Origin: Nannocystis bainbridge
GTDB lineage: Bacteria; Myxococcota_A; Polyangia; Nannocystales; Nannocystaceae
Length of the DNA stretch: 64,000 nt
Reading direction: 5' to 3'
Assembly (NCBI RefSeq): GCF_028368995.1
Contig: NZ_JAQNDL010000001.1
Coordinates: 128,001-192,000, forward strand
Part shown: positions 1 through 11,471 of the stretch, in pieces
How the letters are laid out: each line of letters begins with the position of its first letter
How positions within the stretch are numbered: the first letter of the stretch is position 1
Program-made: the position numbers and the translations under genes
Notes under the pieces: generated by a model
Told to the model about the DNA's origin: nothing
Database searches by the model: none
Seen by the model: the letters and a program-made list of their open reading frames with translations, nothing else

Positions 1-1
1 G

Positions 2-904
2 GTGCTCGAGACCCAGGCCCGGCGCATGCTCGCCGACGACCGCGCCCGCGCCCTCATCGACAACTTCGCCGGTCAGTGGTGGCTGATCCGCAACATCGCC
101 GTCGCCTTCAAGGACGTGGCGATGTACCCGCAGTGGAACGACGCCATGCGCGCGTCGATGCGGACCGAGATGCGCCTGTTCGCCGAGGCGTTCTTCTCCG
201 AGGACCGCGACATGCTCGAGATGCTCACGGCCACCGACACCTTCGTCGACGCCACGCTCGCCGGGCACTACGGCATCGAGGGCCAGTTCGGGGCCGAGTT
301 CGCCCCGGTCGACTTCGGCGACCTGCCGTTCCAGGGCATCCTCAACAAGGCCGGCCTGATGACGGTGCTCTCGCACGCCGACCACACCTCGCCGGTCAAG
401 CGCGGCAAGTGGGTGCTCGAGAGCCTGCTGTGTCAGGTCCCGCCGCCGCCGCCGCCGGGCGTCGACACCAAGCTGAACCCGATCGAGGGCAAGACCCAGC
501 GCGAGATCCTCGAGGCGCACCGCGAGAAGCCCGAGTGCATCGGCTGCCACGTCACCATGGACCCACTCGGCTTCGGCCTCGAGCACTACGACCCGCTCGG
601 CGCCTGGCGCGACCTCGACAACGGCCTGCCGATCGACCCCTCGGGCACGCTGCCCAACAGCACCCCGTTCGCCGACGGGCTCGAGATGCAGACGCTGATC
701 GCCGACGAGCCCGACTTCTTGCGCTGCATCACCCGCAAGACCTTCATCTACGCGCTCGGTCGCGCCGTCGCGGTGAAGGACATCCCGTACCTCGACGAGG
801 CCACCGAGACCTTCTCGGCCAACGACCGTCGCTTCTCCGACCTCGTCGTCTCGCTCGTCACCAGCGAGCCGTTCCGCATGCGCCGCGGCGACCCCGCGAT
901 GTGA
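2..904 (+). CDS. DUF1592/DUF1588/DUF1585-type (PSCyt-associated) protein, 5'-truncated by window edge
   Basis: Motifs FAGQWW, TSPVKRGKWVLESLLC, CIGCH (CxxCH) and DPLGFGLEHYD; directly upstream of a DUF1552 gene, the usual pairing. Confidence 0.85.
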   Translation: MLETQARRMLADDRARALIDNFAGQWWLIRNIAVAFKDVAMYPQWNDAMRASMRTEMRLFAEAFFSEDRDMLEMLTATDTFVDATLAGHYGIEGQFGAEFAPVDFGDLPFQGILNKAGLMTVLSHADHTSPVKRGKWVLESLLCQVPPPPPPGVDTKLNPIEGKTQREILEAHREKPECIGCHVTMDPLGFGLEHYDPLGAWRDLDNGLPIDPSGTLPNSTPFADGLEMQTLIADEPDFLRCITRKTFIYALGRAVAVKDIPYLDEATETFSANDRRFSDLVVSLVTSEPFRMRRGDPAM

Positions 905-936
905 AGCCCACTACCCCAAACTCCGGAGACATCACG

Positions 937-2295
937 ATGCCGCGTCGCATTTCTCTCTCGCGCCGTACCCTCCTGGGCGGGGCTGGTGCGCTCATCGCCC
1001 TGCCCTGGCTGGAGTCGCTCGCGCCCGTCGTTCGCCGGGCTCGCGGGGCCGACCCCGAACCCCCGCCGCTGCGCGCCCTCTTCTATTACCTCCCCAACGG
1101 GATCCACATGCAGTCGTGGACGCCCGCGACCGAAGGACCGGGCTTCGAGATCACGCCGATCCTCTCGCCGCTGGTCGACCCGCAGGCCATGGTCGACCTC
1201 AAGGGCGACGTGCTGGTCCTGAGCGGGCTGCAGAACCTGCCCGCCAAGCCCGAGGGCCCGGGCGACCACGCCGGCGGCACCTCGGCGTTCTTGACCTGCA
1301 CCCACGTCACCAAGTCCGAGACCGACATCAACAACGACATCTCGATCGACCAGGTGCTCGCCAACGCCATCGGCGAGGCCACGCCGCACCGCTCGCTGCA
1401 GTTCGGGACCGCCAACGGCGCGACCATGGGCAACTGCGACAGCGGCTACAGCTGCGCCTACACCAGCAACATCTCGTGGGCCGACGCCAAGACCCCGCTG
1501 CCGAAGCTCTACGACCCGCAGGTCATCTTCGACCTGCTGTTCTCCGGCTTCGACCCCGAGGCGACCGCCGAGGAGCAGGCCAAGCGGCGCAGCAACCGGA
1601 TCAGTGTCATCGACTACGCAACAGGCCAGGTCGAGTCGCTGCAGACCAAGCTCGGCAAGACCGACCGCGACAAGCTAGACCAGTACCTCACCGGCCTGCG
1701 CGACCTCGAGAAGCGCCTCACCGCCGAGAACACCGAGGCGGTGTGCGAGCTGCCGGCGATGTTCTCGGGCGCCTACCCGGACTTCACGACCCACGTCGAC
1801 CTCATGACCGAGCTGATGGTGCTGGCGTTCCAGTGCGACCAGACCCGCGTCGTCACCTTCATGCTCGAGAACGCGGGCAGCTACCGCGACTACTCGTTCA
1901 TCGGCGCCGCGGGCTCGCACCACGAGATCTCGCACCACATGGACAGCCCGGACAACTTCGCCAAGCTCGAGATCATCGATCGCTGGGAGATGGTCCAGTT
2001 CGCCAAGCTGCTGCAGAAGCTCAAGGCCTCGCCCGAGGGCGAGGGCACCCTGCTCGACAACTGCGTGGTGTTCCTGTCGTCGGAGATCAGCGACGGCAAC
2101 GCCCACAACCACAACAACCTGCCGGTGCTGCTGGCCGGCGGCGCCGGCGGCAAGATCACCCCCGGGCGCCACGTGAAGTACGGCGAGGCCCCGCCGCTGT
2201 CCAACCTGTTCATCTCGATCGGCGAGATGTTCGGCGTGCCGATGGCGGGCTTCGGCGACGACGGCGTCGGCCCGCTGCAGAACCTCAAGGTCTGA
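937..2295 (+). CDS. DUF1552 (HXXSHH) family protein with Tat-like signal
   Basis: ATG at 937 after GGAG; SRRTLL twin-arginine motif, LPWLESL, YLPNG, CDSGYSCAY, HHEISHH, DGNAHNHNNLPVLLAG. Confidence 0.88.
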   Translation: MPRRISLSRRTLLGGAGALIALPWLESLAPVVRRARGADPEPPPLRALFYYLPNGIHMQSWTPATEGPGFEITPILSPLVDPQAMVDLKGDVLVLSGLQNLPAKPEGPGDHAGGTSAFLTCTHVTKSETDINNDISIDQVLANAIGEATPHRSLQFGTANGATMGNCDSGYSCAYTSNISWADAKTPLPKLYDPQVIFDLLFSGFDPEATAEEQAKRRSNRISVIDYATGQVESLQTKLGKTDRDKLDQYLTGLRDLEKRLTAENTEAVCELPAMFSGAYPDFTTHVDLMTELMVLAFQCDQTRVVTFMLENAGSYRDYSFIGAAGSHHEISHHMDSPDNFAKLEIIDRWEMVQFAKLLQKLKASPEGEGTLLDNCVVFLSSEISDGNAHNHNNLPVLLAGGAGGKITPGRHVKYGEAPPLSNLFISIGEMFGVPMAGFGDDGVGPLQNLKV

Positions 2296-2408
2296 CGGCG
2301 AGGCGCGGGCGAGCCGCCCGTGAACCAGAACGACGCAGGCCCGCGTCCCCGGCCCTCCCGGCCAGGGCCGCGGGCCTTGCCGCGCTCGCTCCGGGCGCAG
2401 CCCCGCCA

Positions 2409-2488
2409 TCACCTGCTCTCACGGACATGCCCACATCGACATGTCACTTCGGACATGCTCGCCGGAGCATGTCCCCGAGGACAGATCC
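2409..2488. repeat. 14-bp-period array of GGACATGTCC-like palindromic 10-mers (6 units)
   Basis: Units at 2409 tcacctgctc, 2423 ggacatgccc, 2437 cgacatgtca, 2451 ggacatgctc, 2465 gagcatgtcc, 2479 ggacagatcc; ends 2 nt from the glmM stop codon. Confidence 0.9.
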
Positions 2489-2490
2489 GA

Positions 2491-3846
<1,356 letters not shown>

Positions 3847-3856
3847 GCGCACCTGT

Positions 3857-4855
3857 TTAATGGCCGCGACTCGGCCCGTCCAGCGGCTTTTCGGCGGGCG
3901 GCGGCGGGAGGATGATCCGCTCGTGACCTGGCTCCAAGGTCAGGTTGGCACGGAGCGCCGGCGGGACCGCCTCGGACAGGCCGAGATCGACCAGCACGGC
4001 GCCGGCCGGCGCGTCGTCCTGCGGCTTTTGCAGCTGCACCGTCGAGACCACCGCGCTCGGGATCGCGTCGATCTGCCGCAGCGACGGCACCGGCCCGCGC
4101 ACCACCGCCGCGACCTTGAGCGGCGCGCCGAACGGCGGCTCCTGGTCGACCGGCCAGGTCAGCGGAATTTCGTAGCGCCGCTCGCTGAGCTTGGGACGGA
4201 TCGCCACCGACACCGTCACCTTCGGCACCTCGCCCGGCGTCACGCCCGTGTACTCGGCGCCCTCGCGCAGCTGCCCGAGCCCGACCACCATCTCGACGTC
4301 GGCGGTGGCCCCGCTGACGTCGATCGGGTCGGTGTTGAGGTTGGCCAGCTCGCCGACGATCTTGCTGCCGCCGTGGACCCGCCAGCGCGGCGGATCGACG
4401 CGCGTGCCGGTGTGCTCGTAGTCGGGGTGGACCAGGCCACGCACCGCGGCGCTGATGAGCACCGCGCGCTCGATCACCGGGTCGAAGCGGAGGTCGACCT
4501 TCTCGTAGTCCATGCCGCGGAAGATCACCCCCGGCGGCATCACGATCGTGGCCGGGTCGAGCTCGAGCGGCCCCGGGCGCGCGCCCGCGAGGTCGATCTG
4601 GGCGCTGCCGAGGTCGTGGCCCGAGAGCCGATTCATCCGCGCCCACGACCCATGCAGCTCCACGGTCACCGTCTCGGGCAGCTTGGTCTGCAGCACGCGC
4701 CGCGGATCGGCGTTGGCCTTGAGCGGGATCGTGAAGCGCCGCGTGACGTCGTCGCGCGTGAAGATGAAAAACCCGCTGGCGAGGATCAGCGCCGTCAGCT
4801 TGGTCAGCAGATGGTTGAAGAGGGCCCCGTAGAGCCACTTCAGCGCGCGCGTCAC
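3857..4855 (-). CDS. cdaR: CdaR/YbbR-like diadenylate cyclase regulator
   Basis: N-terminal TM ([14 protein letters not shown]) followed by beta-rich periplasmic repeats; lies between cdaA and glmM. Confidence 0.75.
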   Translation of the reverse strand: MTRALKWLYGALFNHLLTKLTALILASGFFIFTRDDVTRRFTIPLKANADPRRVLQTKLPETVTVELHGSWARMNRLSGHDLGSAQIDLAGARPGPLELDPATIVMPPGVIFRGMDYEKVDLRFDPVIERAVLISAAVRGLVHPDYEHTGTRVDPPRWRVHGGSKIVGELANLNTDPIDVSGATADVEMVVGLGQLREGAEYTGVTPGEVPKVTVSVAIRPKLSERRYEIPLTWPVDQEPPFGAPLKVAAVVRGPVPSLRQIDAIPSAVVSTVQLQKPQDDAPAGAVLVDLGLSEAVPPALRANLTLEPGHERIILPPPPAEKPLDGPSRGH

Positions 4856-5853
4856 CCCTCACCTCCCTTGCGCGCCGACGAGAAGTCGGTGACCGACGGC
4901 GCGTGCAGGAAGTCGTTGTCGTTCCACTTCTCGTCGACCGGACCTTCCTTGCTGCCGCGGCGGCGCACGGAGGTCATGTCGCTGCCGCTGTCGCCCGACT
5001 TGCGCAGGTCCATGTAGCTGCGCGCCGCGCCCTTGGCGGCCGCGAGGGTCTCGGTCGGCGGAGCCGGGCGCGAGGCCTCGGCGCGCGGTTGATCGAGCCA
5101 GCGGGTGATCCGCTCCTCGAGCTGCTCGGGCGTGAGCGACTCGGAGATGGCGCCGCGGTGCACGGTGCGGAGCTCGCCGCGCTCCTCGCTGAGCACGACG
5201 ACCAGCGCGTCGCTCTCCTCGCTGACGCCGATGGCGCCGCGGTGGCGCGTGCCGAACGCCGGGTCGAGCCGGTCGCGCTGCGTCAACGGGCAGATCACGC
5301 CGGCGCGGGCGATCCGCAGGTTCTGAATCAACACGGCGCCGTCGTGCGTGAGGTTGATCGAGAACGGGATCAGCAGCGCCACCAGAGTGTCGGCGTGCAG
5401 TGACGCGTCGATCTCACGGCCGCGATCGCTGACGACGTCGAGGACGTCGATCTCGCCCTGGAGGATGAACAGCGCCCCGAGCCGCGCGCGCTGCAGCCGC
5501 TCGCACGCCACCACCAGCTCGCTGACGGCGCTGCGAGCCGCGTCGCGGTGGCCCTGCGGCAGCAGCCGCTGGCCCATGTGCAGCAAGATCCGCCGCAGCT
5601 CCTGATGGAACACCACGATCAGGATGATGATGACGTACTCGAGGAAGTAGCGGACCAGCGCCGCCACCGCGACCATGTCGAGCGCGCTCGCGGCCGCGGC
5701 GATGCCCCCGAACACGGCGACCGACAGCAGCACCGGGACCGCACGTGTCCCTTGGAGCAGGCGCAACGCCGCGTAGACCAGGATCAGCAAGATCCCGAAG
5801 TCGAGCCCGTCGCGCCACGTGAGCGCCTCGATGAAGTCCCGCGGCGTCACCAT
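4852..5853 (-). CDS. cdaA: Membrane diadenylate cyclase (DisA_N/DAC domain)
   Basis: Three N-terminal TM helices, IVVFHQELRR, catalytic HDGA and GTRHR motifs, LSEERG. Start placed at MVTPRDF. Confidence 0.92.
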   Translation of the reverse strand: MVTPRDFIEALTWRDGLDFGILLILVYAALRLLQGTRAVPVLLSVAVFGGIAAAASALDMVAVAALVRYFLEYVIIILIVVFHQELRRILLHMGQRLLPQGHRDAARSAVSELVVACERLQRARLGALFILQGEIDVLDVVSDRGREIDASLHADTLVALLIPFSINLTHDGAVLIQNLRIARAGVICPLTQRDRLDPAFGTRHRGAIGVSEESDALVVVLSEERGELRTVHRGAISESLTPEQLEERITRWLDQPRAEASRPAPPTETLAAAKGAARSYMDLRKSGDSGSDMTSVRRRGSKEGPVDEKWNDNDFLHAPSVTDFSSARKGGEG

Positions 5854-6830
5854 CGCCCCCGTTCGACCCCTTCCGCCGCACGAACGGCCGCCGCCGACGC
5901 GTGACGGATCGCCCACGCCACCCGCAGCGCCTCGGCCGTGGCCGCGACATCGTGCACCCGCACGACGGCCGCGCCGCCGAGCGCCGCCATGACCGCCGCT
6001 ACCACGCTTCCGATCAGCCGCTCCTCGACCGGCCGAGGGCGCCCGCCGACGACCCCGAGGAACGCCTTGCGACTGGCGCCGACGAGCACCGGACAACCTG
6101 TCTCTCGCATCAGGTAGTCGGCGGCGCCGACCAGCGCCGCGCTGTGCTCGGCGGTCTTGCCGAAGCCGATGCCGGGGTCGACCGCGATGCGATCGGCGGC
6201 GACGCCGGCTCGCAGCGCCCGCTCGACCGCGCGTGCGAGCTCGGCCGCGACTTCGACCAGCACATGCTCAAAACGGATCTCGCGCATCATCGTCGCCGGT
6301 TCGCCGCGCAGGTGACCGATGACGAGGCCGGCGCCGCTGTCGGCAGCGACGCGCGCCATGTCCGGATCGGCGAGCCCGCTGACGTCGTTGAGGATCGCCG
6401 CCCCGGCCGCCATCGCCGCGGCGGCCACCGAAGCGTGCCGCGTGTCGACGCTGATGGGCATGCCGGCCAGCTCCGGATCGCCCACGAGCCCGCGGATCAC
6501 CGGCAGCACGCGCCGTAGCTCGACGTCGGGCGGCACCGGCGTCGCGCCCGGCCGCGTCGACTCGCCGCCGACGTCGAGGATGTCGGCGCCTTGCTGGCGA
6601 TACGCGCGACACAACCTCGCGGCCACGCTGACGCTCGGATCGTCGGTCGCGGGCGCGAGCAGGTTGCCGCCGTCGAAGAAGCTGTCGGGCGTGACGTTGA
6701 CGATCGCCATCACTCGCGGCGCGCTCAGGTCGAGCGCTCCGCGAGCGTGTACCCAAGGGGGCGCGAGCTCGGGCCGCGCGCCGTCGTCACGGACTGGGGC
6801 GCGCTCGGCGGCGGGGGACATCGCCGCCAT
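5847..6830 (-). CDS. folP: Dihydropteroate synthase
   Basis: MAIVNVTPDSFFDGG, DVGGESTRPGA, ISVDT, DPGIGFGK, GASRK, VRVHDV. Confidence 0.96.
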   Translation of the reverse strand: MAAMSPAAERAPVRDDGARPELAPPWVHARGALDLSAPRVMAIVNVTPDSFFDGGNLLAPATDDPSVSVAARLCRAYRQQGADILDVGGESTRPGATPVPPDVELRRVLPVIRGLVGDPELAGMPISVDTRHASVAAAAMAAGAAILNDVSGLADPDMARVAADSGAGLVIGHLRGEPATMMREIRFEHVLVEVAAELARAVERALRAGVAADRIAVDPGIGFGKTAEHSAALVGAADYLMRETGCPVLVGASRKAFLGVVGGRPRPVEERLIGSVVAAVMAALGGAAVVRVHDVAATAEALRVAWAIRHASAAAVRAAEGVERGRW

Positions 6831-6842
6831 GGTAGCGCGCCA

Positions 6843-8231
<1,389 letters not shown>

Positions 8232-8332
8232 GTCCTCCACGCTACCAGGGGGCTCCCTCTGCGGGAAGCACACAACGCCGGTACGGAGCGCCTGGCGACG
8301 ATTCACAGGGCTGAGGTCGCTCGCCCGCAGCG

Positions 8333-8370
8333 AAAAAAAATCGGGGTGCCTCGGCCCCGAAGCACCCCGA
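8333..8370 (-). terminator. Rho-independent terminator
   Basis: Minus strand TCGGGGTGCTTCGG-GG-CCGAGGCACCCCGA followed by T8, 20 nt after the stop of the small ORF. Confidence 0.85.
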
Positions 8371-8389
8371 CCCTCGCTGGAAAAACTCC

Positions 8390-8569
8390 TCAGACGTAGA
8401 AGTCGACGATGGACACGCCGCGCTCGGGCGGCTCGCGCAGCGGCGGCCGCTCGTCGAGCTCGTCCGCGGGCATCCGCGGCAGTTCGAGCTCGATCTGCAG
8501 CGTCGGAGTCCGCTTGCCCGGGATCTTCATGGTCGGGACCTGCTTCTGCTTCTCGAGGGCTGGTCGCAT
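8390..8569 (-). CDS. Small hypothetical protein (59 aa, ends PERGVSIVDFYV)
   Basis: ATG preceded by AGGTG, GC3-biased codons in its 3' part, followed by a strong terminator. Confidence 0.6.
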   Translation of the reverse strand: MRPALEKQKQVPTMKIPGKRTPTLQIELELPRMPADELDERPPLREPPERGVSIVDFYV

Positions 8570-8934
8570 GAACACCTGCCTTTTTCGCCAGAAATCCGAA
8601 TAAGCCACCGGGCTGTGTGTTTCAAACCTCACGAGATCGGCGCTTGCACCGCCTCGCTCCGGGGAGTACCACTCCTCCCCACGAACGAGGTGGCTCGCTC
8701 GTCCCGCAGCTTCGACCCTGATGTGCCCACCATCCGGTTCGGAGCGCCTGAATTCTTGGTTCGCCACCTTACGTTTGAGACTAACGCCGCCACGGTGGTT
8801 GGCAAGAATTGTCTTCGCGCCGTTTAGCGCTGTTCCAGTGTGCGGTAGGCGTACACTGACACCACGCCTACGACGCTCGAATTGAGCCTCGGCGGCGGCG
8901 ACGACCTGACCCGTCTGCGCTTGCGGCGACTGAC

Positions 8935-9573
8935 TCAGAAGTCGACCACGACCCAGCGGGAGCCTTCCCGCTCGAGTCGGGCGACCTCGGCGTTCCCCAG
9001 GTCGAGGACGGCCTCGTGTGCGTCGGCCACGATGGGATCGCCCAGGCGCGCGGCCAGGCGATCGCGGGCCGTCTGCAAGGCGTCGGCATGCTCGCCTTCG
9101 GTCCACGCCGTGCGGAGATCGTCCTCCGAGAGCCCGAGCCGGTAGCGCTCCGGAGCGAGCCCGAGGACCACGTCCCAGCGGCGCTGGAGGCTCGCCCGAA
9201 CCAGACTCCGCAGAGCGGCGCGAGGCGTCGACTGGTCGTACACGACGGTCGGATCCTCCGCGAACACCCAGCCCCGCGGCGTCCAGCGCACGTCGATCGG
9301 CGAATCGGGCGCGAGGAACACGACGGCGCGCGGGCGGATCTCCGCCGGCTTCTTCAACGTCTTCGCCCAGCGCTGCCGCGCCGCCTTGTCGCCGAGGACC
9401 GCCGCGTAGTCGACGTGGGCGCGCGCGCCGACGAGTACGTGTTCGGACAACTCCTTCGCCTCGCCGCGGCGCACCGCGCCGGCGGCGTCCTCGCTGGCGC
9501 GCGCGAGGCCGCGGACGTCACGCTGCGCGCAGGATGCGAGCGTCAGCGCGACGAGCACCGCGAAGATCTTCAC
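8935..9573 (-). CDS. Hypothetical lipoprotein
   Basis: Lipobox LTLASC after a short hydrophobic signal; start overlaps the fabZ stop. Confidence 0.75.
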   Translation of the reverse strand: MKIFAVLVALTLASCAQRDVRGLARASEDAAGAVRRGEAKELSEHVLVGARAHVDYAAVLGDKAARQRWAKTLKKPAEIRPRAVVFLAPDSPIDVRWTPRGWVFAEDPTVVYDQSTPRAALRSLVRASLQRRWDVVLGLAPERYRLGLSEDDLRTAWTEGEHADALQTARDRLAARLGDPIVADAHEAVLDLGNAEVARLEREGSRWVVVDF

Positions 9574-10025
9574 GCAGCGCCCCCGGCATCGGCGCGCTTC
9601 TCGATGACCGCGGTGAAGACGCCCGAAGCCTTCACCTGCTCGCCCACGCGGGTCTCGCCGGAGAACTTGCCGATCCGCCCGAGCCGCTGGGCTTTGACCT
9701 CGATCGTCAGCACGTCGCCGGGCACCACCGGCGCGCGGAACTTGGCCTCCTGGATGCCCAGGAAGAGGCAGTTGTGCAGCGCCGGGTCGAACACGCCGGA
9801 CAGGTTGGCCAGCAGGACCGCGGCCTGCGCCATCGCCTCGACCTGGACCACCCCGGGCAGGATCGGGAAGCCGGGGAAGTGGCCCTGCAGGATCGGGTCG
9901 CCGATCGACACGAGCTTCTGGGCCACGATCGACTCGTTCGGCGTCGCCGACAGCACGCGGTCGATGAAGAGGAAGGGGTACCGGTGCGGCAGGATCTTCT
10001 GGATCTGGACGGCGTCGAGGAGCAT
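9570..10025 (-). CDS. fabZ: 3-hydroxyacyl-ACP dehydratase
   Basis: LPHRYPFLFIDRV, GHFPGFPILPGVVQVEAMAQ, KFRAPVVPGD. Confidence 0.96.
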   Translation of the reverse strand: MLLDAVQIQKILPHRYPFLFIDRVLSATPNESIVAQKLVSIGDPILQGHFPGFPILPGVVQVEAMAQAAVLLANLSGVFDPALHNCLFLGIQEAKFRAPVVPGDVLTIEVKAQRLGRIGKFSGETRVGEQVKASGVFTAVIEKRADAGGAA

Positions 10026-10099
10026 CGGTCGGCGCGTAGCTTATCAGGCCGCCGCCGTCGCGCCCACTGCACGACCCGGGGCGCGCGTCGGGCCGGCTT

Positions 10100-10143
10100 A
10101 AACGCGAAACCCGGGCCGCGCAGCGTCGTGCGCGAGCCCGGGC
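10100..10143 (-). terminator. Probable terminator hairpin after skp
   Basis: CCCGGGCTCGCGCA...TGCGCGGCCCGGG followed by TTTCGCGTTT on the minus strand. Confidence 0.5.
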
Positions 10144-10160
10144 CGTGCGGACGCGAACCG

Positions 10161-10724
10161 CTAGGAGGGGTACTTGGCGTTGAAGCGCTTGACCAGCTCG
10201 GCGGTGATGTCGAGGCCGGGCTCGACGTAGAGCACGGTCGAGTCGTCGCGGATCAGCACCAGGTCGACGTTCTTCTCGGCGGCCAGCTTGTCGATGATCG
10301 TCTGGCAGTTCTTGTAGATGTCCTCGAGGACCCGCGACTCCTGCTGCGAGAGCTCCTGCTGCATGGTCATGTAGATCTGCTGCATCTCCATGTACTCCTT
10401 CTGCAGCGCCTCCTCGGCGGCGGCGAGCTTGTCGCCCTGGAGGCTCTTGAGCTTGCCGGTGTCGGCCTCGAGCTTCTTGCGCTTCTGCTCGAGCTTCTCC
10501 TGCTTGGCCTTGGAGCTGTCCTCGAGCTTCTTGCGGGCGGCCTGGCCCTGCTTGGTGTCGGCGAGGACCTTTTGCATGTCGACGACGGCGACGCCGCGGA
10601 CCTGCGGGAGGGTCGCCTGAGCCGGCGTGACGGCACCCGGGACGAGGCCGGCGCCGCCAGCGAAGGCGAGCGTGACGGCGGCGGCGGACAAGAGACGAGC
10701 GAGACGACGCTGGGGGGTAATCAT
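10161..10724 (-). CDS. skp: OmpH/Skp periplasmic chaperone (copy 2)
   Basis: Signal peptide, VAVVDMQKVL, coiled coil, VLYVEPGLDIT. Confidence 0.88.
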   Translation of the reverse strand: MITPQRRLARLLSAAAVTLAFAGGAGLVPGAVTPAQATLPQVRGVAVVDMQKVLADTKQGQAARKKLEDSSKAKQEKLEQKRKKLEADTGKLKSLQGDKLAAAEEALQKEYMEMQQIYMTMQQELSQQESRVLEDIYKNCQTIIDKLAAEKNVDLVLIRDDSTVLYVEPGLDITAELVKRFNAKYPS

Positions 10725-10747
10725 GGCGGGGCGATCCTTCAGGTGGG

Positions 10748-11299
10748 TCACTTGTGCTTCTTGTCGTAGGCGACGATCACGCGGTTGGTGACGTCGAACT
10801 TGGGGTTGGCGTACAGGACCGTCGCCGGCGAGCGGACCAACACGATCTGAAGACCTTCCTCGGCCGCGATGTCTTTCACGATGGCCGCGACGTTCTTGTA
10901 GATCTTCTCGGTGAGCTGCGCCTCTTTCGTCGCCACGTCCTCCTGGAGCTGGGCGTAGAGCTGCTGCAGCTCCTGGTCCTTGACCACGAGCTCTTGCTGC
11001 CGCTTGGCGATCTCTTCGTCCGAGAGCATCGCCCGCTTGGCCATCAGGTCCTCGTACTTCTTCTTGAGGTCCTCGGTCTTCTTGTCGAGCTGCGACTGAC
11101 CCTTCGCAAACACCGACTCGAGGTCCTTCTTGCCCTTGGTGCCTTGCGTGGTCTCCAGCAGGCAGCGCTGCAGGTCGACGAGGGCGACCTGTTTGAGGGC
11201 GTTGACGGTGGCAGCGGGCGCGGCGGCGACCGGGGAGGCGCCGAAAACGCTTGCTGTCAGTGCCGCTGCGAGGAGGAGGACGCGCGAGGTACAGGGCAT
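10748..11299 (-). CDS. skp: OmpH/Skp periplasmic chaperone (copy 1)
   Basis: Signal peptide, VALVDLQRCL, coiled coil, VLYANPKFDVT; directly downstream of bamA. Confidence 0.88.
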   Translation of the reverse strand: MPCTSRVLLLAAALTASVFGASPVAAAPAATVNALKQVALVDLQRCLLETTQGTKGKKDLESVFAKGQSQLDKKTEDLKKKYEDLMAKRAMLSDEEIAKRQQELVVKDQELQQLYAQLQEDVATKEAQLTEKIYKNVAAIVKDIAAEEGLQIVLVRSPATVLYANPKFDVTNRVIVAYDKKHK

Positions 11300-11471
11300 A
11301 ATGGGCGGGACCTTAGCCGGGGCCGCGCAGGGGGGCAACCGGGCTGGCCTCGGACGCGGGGACTTACAGTCGCATTCATGCGGTCTGTGGACCTGGAGCC
11401 GCTGTCACGGTGTGGCCTAGCTCACCCGATTTGCCGCTGCGCGCGCCGCAAACCGGGCTCTGGTGGGCTTC

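Noticed and set aside
2423-2474. Match of units to the eukaryotic p53 half-site RRRCWWGYYY
   Set aside because: The match is real at sequence level, but the context is clearly bacterial and no p53-like protein is evident. Treated as coincidence.
8570-8930. tRNA, tmRNA, 6S or RNase P RNA in the lower-GC gap
   Set aside because: I could not identify the hallmark motifs by eye. Kept only as an unassigned structured leader candidate.
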